Source of the DNA: Phoronis australis
Lineage: Eukaryota > Animalia > Phoronida
NCBI GenBank assembly: GCA_002633005.1
Contig: NMRA01000010.1
Span: 1,595,001-1,659,000 of the forward strand
Length of the DNA: 64,000 nt
Direction: 5' to 3'
The notes below the pieces were generated by a model. That model was not told the origin of the DNA. It did not search any database and saw nothing but the letters and a program-made list of their open reading frames with translations. The translations under genes and the position numbers were made by a program. Below, one piece after another: positions 57,869 to 64,000 of the stretch. Position 1 is the first letter of the stretch; each line of letters opens with the position of its first letter.

Positions 57869-60800
57869 NTTTTTTTGAAAGTTATGTAAACGCACCTGTT
57901 TCTAGGGCCTAAACTTTTCAATAAGGCCAGATGTCACTTCTTTCCGTAAAATGCAGTAACATGATTTTAGCACCTAAAAATGTCTTGTTGAAAACTCTCG
58001 GCATCCACCCAGGGCCACAGGTCGGTGCTTATAAAGAATGACCTGTGTAATTGTCGGGTTTGTGGACTACTTTTGCGGAGAAATCGCTGTTTGTAAAGAA
58101 CCGTACTTCAAGAGTCTCGTTTGATGAACAATAATTATAACAAAATGAAAATGAGCCGATGAAATTAGGCGTGATTTGGTAACTACAACGCTCGATTAAA
58201 ACTCATAGTGGATATGCATAGAACAGAAGGGATCGCTGAAGATAGTAAGCGCTCTTATAAGTGATAGTCTTAAGGGTAAAATGTATTATTGACCAGGTGA
58301 AAACGCCATGCTTGGTGACCGGTATTGGGCTACAGCCCGTTTAAACTACATGTGGTTGAAATGTGTAAATCGTGGATGAAATGCGTAAATCGTGTCCCAA
58401 TGGAAAAACACGATTAAAATCATAGCAGAAAAATAACGTGATTGCTTAGCTTCCTGTGATTGAAACGGCAAAAATGCAAAACAATTTGCTTGAAAAAATA
58501 TAGTGGGTTATTGTCAGAATATATATTGATTAAGTAATTTGTACGAATAGATCTATTTTAAGTTGTCCAAAATTTGTGTAGTGTGTACTTTTAAATCATG
58601 GAGTCAAACTTGTTGACATTTATTTTAGCGTCAAAGTCTATTTTGGTTCTGGGGTCAAAGCACTCTAGAGATTCTAGAAATTTCTGAGAGAAAATCGCAA
58701 CAGCCAATTATATGATTAGATAAGATCATGTGATTTTTATTAGCCAATCGCTAAATAAGTAGATTATTGCAACTTTGGTTGAAATTAAGAGGATATTCAG
58801 ATGCGCTATAGCAGTTGAAGCTAAAAGACTTGCTACAGTGTATAGAGGAAATTGTACAACAGAGCCATCTCGTGGAAAACTCTAAGGACGGAGGATCTTG
58901 GCAAGGGCAAGGGTTAACGAACAGGAAGTACCTAGGAGCTTGTCACTCGCATCGTGGGTAGTAAGATACTGCCTGAAGTGTTGCGTCACCAGAGACTGTG
59001 ACCAGCAAGTACACTGTAGCAATACATTGTGTGTAGTTAGAAGATTCACCAACAGGACTGTCATTCAACAAGTGGAGAGTCCTTCAGCTTGGATAGCAGA
59101 TAAGACATTTAATTATTTTGGTTGATTGAGTGCATGTGTGCACCCAGCCTAAAATATAGGGGTGCTCGAATATTTCGATATGCGTACCTTTCACTTAAAA
59201 AATCAGCGAGGACTAAAAAACCGGGCCGCTGGGTTCAGGCCCACAAATTGTGCATCCGCGCCGACTTCCTGTGGAATTTTGTGGACTTTTGTCTCGTTTA
59301 CTCTGACGTTTTGTTTCACTGAGGCGGACCTTTTTGCCCAATTCGCCAAATGGGGGGGCGCGTTCGATGGCCCCACCCCTCCCCCCTCCAAAAATGCGGC
59401 CCTCAAACCGAAAACGTTTCTGCAGCCTTGTTTGAGGTCTGACGATAATAAAAAGGCAAGTCGGACGTCTGCATGACGCACGTTCACATGAAAAATTTTC
59501 TCAGGCGGACGTGTGAACGCCGTGGACGGAGAATGTTTCTTCGAAGTTAGCTACATTGTCACGATTTTCTTGATAGCAAAGACTGAATGGCAGTTAATAA
59601 TACTGAGGTCAAGGGAATCGTTTTGGTCTGTGGTTCAGTGCTAGAAAGCAGCAAATCTTTTCAAATTCTTTTATTTTGTTACATTGCGACAACTATCAAC
59701 ATACATGTACACATATCCACTTATGCTCATAAAATCGGTTGTCATAACAATCCTCATTGCGATAGACCTTTAAATCCGTTACCAACAACACCGAAAACCA
59801 TCAACGACTCAAGAAAGCGTTCTGAGTTTATTGGAGTTGACCAACTCTAAAGTTGCGAATTCGAAAATGGTCATGTACGCATTGCATTCAGTTGAAATGC
59901 GACCTCATTCGGAGACAATTCAAGATTGGATGTGGGTGGTAATGTTTTTCAGTAAACTCCAAAGAGTTTAGGTTACGAATTCACCATTGACTCTTAAACA
60001 GCGGCAAAATGCCCATGTGTTTATCAGATGCATATATTATCAAGTGAAATTACGTTTCAAGTAATTTTAAAAATGTCTAATGTTTAAAATTTGAAATGAA
60101 CTAATCTTGTTGGGCCTATGCCTTAAAACTAAGAGTGATAATAGCCTATAACACGGAACATTAGATAATACTCTTTTAGCATTCTGAGAACATGAAATTC
60201 GATTATACCACGAATAAGCCCAATAATGGACATTGACTGTATCAAAGTAGGTCGAGACTCCTTCGAAAATTCAGTGGAACGAGCTGGAACCGACGCGGGA
60301 AATTGGCAAGTTAGGTAAAAAAATCCCCAGAACACTGTCTATGGGTTTGGCTTATTCGGATTGTAGGCAACGTTTGTTCAGTTTGCAGTCAGTTTTATTT
60401 CTGTGTGCCGAACTTTCGAGAACGTACATTGTATATTGAAAATTCCTCAGCGAGACTGATGGCATGGTTGTGTCAATCTTTCTGGATGCAAGATCACTCA
60501 AAGAATACTCAAAATCATTTGTTGTTAGATCTCTGTGGCAGCACTTTAAATTGTTCGGCGCACTGAAGCATCACATTCCTTTACCCCATGTTGATGAGTC
60601 TTGTTTTTTCACGTTTGAAGGCAATACATTTTCGATAATTGGACACTACACGACACCAAAACAACAGAGTTAACTGTCTAGAATTTCAGTCTTCATTGCA
60701 GTCATTAATTAACTATTGGTTAGGAGTTACTTATCAATTGTTAAAACATGCTGGAAATTTAGCACTTGGTCTCCTACCGGCAATACTAACGAGTCGGGTG

Positions 60801-62164
60801 TTAGAGATTGACTGCAATACCTGGTTCTTAGATTCGGGAGTCAAAGGACACTGCTCTGATCACCGTCGCCGTCGCTTTCCATCTCCATACTGTTGTACAG
60901 TAGGAATCTTTCGGTAACAAGGTTGCTCTTCCATCTACACTACAACACGTATATTGATCCAGAAATATTTTGACACTGTCCCAATATTCTATTACGACGG
61001 ATTGTGACAACCAATGATGGGGCTCGTATATGCAAATGGGGGAGATATATCCCATGTTTTTTATCGGTGGAGATGCGTAAAAAATGATTTCCAATGAAAA
61101 ATCTAAGCGAGTTATCTAATCGTTATTTGTAACATAGTTTCACTTATCAGTGTCATCTTAACTCTTTACATTCACAGGACTCGCAAACAATGACAAGCTC
61201 GTACGCTGGACAGCTGAGTGCCTGTTAAACACACGCACTCATGAACGAAAGACGCAAGGGTGATCACGGAACAAATAGCGACAGGCCATCGAAGTGACCA
61301 GACGACAGGTAGATGTTACAAACCCGAACGTAGGAACTGCAGAGGCAGACGGGTCATTTCCACACTAGATCTGATCCCACGGACTATACGAGGAATGGGT
61401 TCTAGCCATAGACAAAATAGATTCATCGTTAAGCTATCATAGCTGCTCACCCGAAAACGGGTAATCTTGGTAACTGCAATAACTAGCGAGCCAAAACACT
61501 GTAATCACAGGAAATATGTAATACAGACCGATCCAAGGGTGATATCAAGTCGCATGGTCTTCAGGAGAACAACGCTCTCTGTGCTCACGGACAGACATAA
61601 AATACAGAATGATAGTGAACAACAGTTCCACCCAAAAAGAAGGCAAAAAGTACACCAATAGTCGCAAAGGCGACTTGATAATGATTGAAAATTGATGGAG
61701 ATTTAGAAGAAAATTCGGTAAAAATGAGCGAAATAAAGTTTTTTATATGACTTCAGAGACCCCGAGGGAGCCATTTGTTGTTATCGTAAACAACACTAAT
61801 GCGCGAATACGCAAAAAGAAATAGTTATTACAATCCCAAGCAAAAGAAATAAACTGTAATTCGGTAAATGTGAATCTTAAAATAATCGTTGTTAATGTGC
61901 GACTAATTTCGACTGAGTTTAAATCGGCTTGCAGACCACGAATCGTGAAGTACAATAACCCACTTTTTCATCACGCCTTTTGTATAGCATGCGCGGCGCA
62001 TATACTTATCCAACGACTGTCAATTTGATAAGTTTATTTTACTGCTTAATTAAGATTGTCTGAAGTAAAGAGGAAATACATCTTTTGAAACGAAAGTTTA
62101 CTTGATAGCATCCGTTACGCAAAATCTTCAAGATAGCGCCGGCGAAGAGTGCACGTTACTAGGG

Positions 62165-63226
62165 CTACACTGTAGTCACGGTTTGACGTTTTGTGTTGTG
62201 GGATAATGAGCTGTTGGTTTTTGCTGCCTTGTGTTTTTCTACACATCCCTTGAACATGTCGACCAGTATGGCTAAGGGCAGGATCCAAAACAATATTTCA
62301 TTAACAATTTCCACAAGCTGGTGATTAATTTGAATTTGCGGAGCCACAAGTAAACCGTTTGCGCAAGCTCCTACAAAAGATATGGCGAATATTGGAAACA
62401 TTCGTTTGAAGATGACAAGATTCTTGGCTCGAATACGTTCTCCTGCGCTCATGTCAAATGGCCGAACTGTTGTTTTTCTTTTATAAATCTTCATCGTGCA
62501 AATTATACATGCCAGTAAAGGCGGCACTAGTGCTGCAAGCATAGAGACAACACGGACTGAAGTAAAATGACAGGTGCAGACGATGGTGTCATCGTAGAAG
62601 TGCAGCAAACGGATAGACCCGATGCTCCTTATTACGTGGAGAAGTCGTCGAAAACCAACAACGAGAAGTCCGTAAATAGTTGGACAACTGAGCCACTTAA
62701 TGATGTATCGGAGTCGGTTTCGATTTTCCTTAAAGACAAACGGGCGGTCCACGGCTAAGAAGAATTGGTAGCACAATACAGCAAATGAAGACAAGGTGAT
62801 GATATTTGAACAAAACTTTAATTCGCATCCCATATTCAGGATCACATTTTCTGTTAAGTTAACTGCTGTGCTGTTCTCTACATCGAACTGGATGACTGTC
62901 TTGAGGATGACTGCAGAGTAGCGCAAGAACGTGGAAAGTATCCATTGAAGTAGGAGTGCTTGAACGACCTGCAGGCTTTCCTTAAGGTTCTTTGCTATCA
63001 AACAGAACAGAGAAATGTACAAAAACACGCCAATGGTCAGAAAAGCAATCTTCGTTGTTGTTAGGTTTAGAATGGTTACAGTATCCATGACGTTGGGACA
63101 TAACAAAGCATTAGTTAAAACGGTATTCAACACGTCTGTCGCAAGTCGTTCATGCAACTTGGCTTTATACTGTTCAGTTGCGTAACAGTAGATATCGACA
63201 TCTGAGGTTTCAACGAGTTGTTGCAT
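62165..63226 (-). CDS. Intronless divergent 7TM receptor (rhodopsin-like orphan GPCR), 353 aa
   Basis: Longest ORF in the window; about seven hydrophobic segments, Cys at top of TM3, SFAVLCYQFFLAVDRPF resembling the TM3/ICL2 signature, ECL2 Cys, basic ICL3. Confidence 0.75.
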   Translation of the reverse strand: MQQLVETSDVDIYCYATEQYKAKLHERLATDVLNTVLTNALLCPNVMDTVTILNLTTTKIAFLTIGVFLYISLFCLIAKNLKESLQVVQALLLQWILSTFLRYSAVILKTVIQFDVENSTAVNLTENVILNMGCELKFCSNIITLSSFAVLCYQFFLAVDRPFVFKENRNRLRYIIKWLSCPTIYGLLVVGFRRLLHVIRSIGSIRLLHFYDDTIVCTCHFTSVRVVSMLAALVPPLLACIICTMKIYKRKTTVRPFDMSAGERIRAKNLVIFKRMFPIFAISFVGACANGLLVAPQIQINHQLVEIVNEILFWILPLAILVDMFKGCVEKHKAAKTNSSLSHNTKRQTVTTV

Positions 63227-64000
63227 CTAACGTGAATGTGACAAACTAGCAAACAGAATCCTTTCGCTAATTTTTTTTCTGCAAGACCGCGTCTTCATTT
63301 ATGTCTTTCGTTGGACATGCAGGCGCGTCACTATAATTGCGAGTCATGGGTAACACAACACGAAAATATACAATCGTTTACGATCAGAGGCCAAGAGCAT
63401 ATGAAATTTCGATAACATATATCGTCCGGTTACCTATTTTCGTCAGGCTCCAAAGTTCGTCCGCCATCTTGTTTCGCGTGCAGCGCAACCACGCGGGACT
63501 TAGCGTTCCAATTTGGAGTGCTCGTCTTCACGTTAGGTACTAACCTCTCGGGAGAAACACGTATCAAAGCAATGAGACAAAAATCGGTGAGTTTACCGAT
63601 TGTTTTTTAAAACCACTTAAAAATCAGTAGATTTTACTAATATACTTTTTTGTGCGTTTTCAGAAGATGTTTTCGAATTTAAATTTTCTTCCGACGGGAC
63701 ACAAAACATGATCCAGGGTTTGTTTATGCAATGTATCTGTTTGTCCCAGGCACTAGTAGGATCTAGAAGGCCAAAGGAAAAATCCGCAGACAAATGCGAT
63801 ACGCTGGGTTCTTAACATTTTTGCCTCACGTTCACCATTAAACTGCATTGAAATGTCCAATTGGCTTTTATTGGAAACCACAGTGCAGAGCTCAACATCA
63901 AAGCTTCAAATCGAGTTTATGTCAATAAAAACAGGCTGTTGCAATTTTCATTACTTCGTTGGCCTTTTTCTGCATGTTTCTCAGTTTTTACAAAAGGGGG

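Noticed and set aside
58882-59125. ORF similar to 43050-43180
   Set aside because: Short dispersed repeat in inverted orientation; no conserved frame or identifiable product.
61170-61700. GC-richer exon-like tract after a cacag acceptor
   Set aside because: All frames short, no donor or motif support.

Overview
Eukaryotic (bilaterian-invertebrate-like, AT-rich, intron-containing) genomic DNA; not prokaryotic. Four protein-coding loci can be assembled by hand: (1) the last six exons of a PARP14-like mono-ADP-ribosyltransferase (KH-like, WWE, ART with H-Y-I triad; + strand, 689-9529) carrying a truncated Ty3/gypsy element and a 53-bp minisatellite in its introns; (2) a complete 7-exon HTRA2/Omi serine protease (- strand, 21934-13265, 430 aa) with a predicted ARPF IAP-binding N-terminus; (3) head-to-head with it (206 bp between ATGs), a telomere-repeat-binding factor gene (TRFH + telobox Myb; + strand, 22141-42362) that the ORF track only shows in fragments; (4) an intronless divergent 7TM receptor (- strand, 63226-62165). 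The TRF introns contain a series of opposite-strand exon-like segments (probable interleaved antisense gene, largely decayed), a Helentron/HINE-like repeat holding a co-oriented array of CTCF-like motifs, and an A-B-N-A'-U-B' duplication that looks like two uncollapsed alleles, one with an in-frame two-exon deletion. The distal part holds more N-joined duplications, a Kolobok-like deletion derivative (THAP + YQFEP gene stubs, TTAA TSD), a CR1-type LINE fragment and Harbinger-like MITEs. All calls are by eye; no database searches were run.
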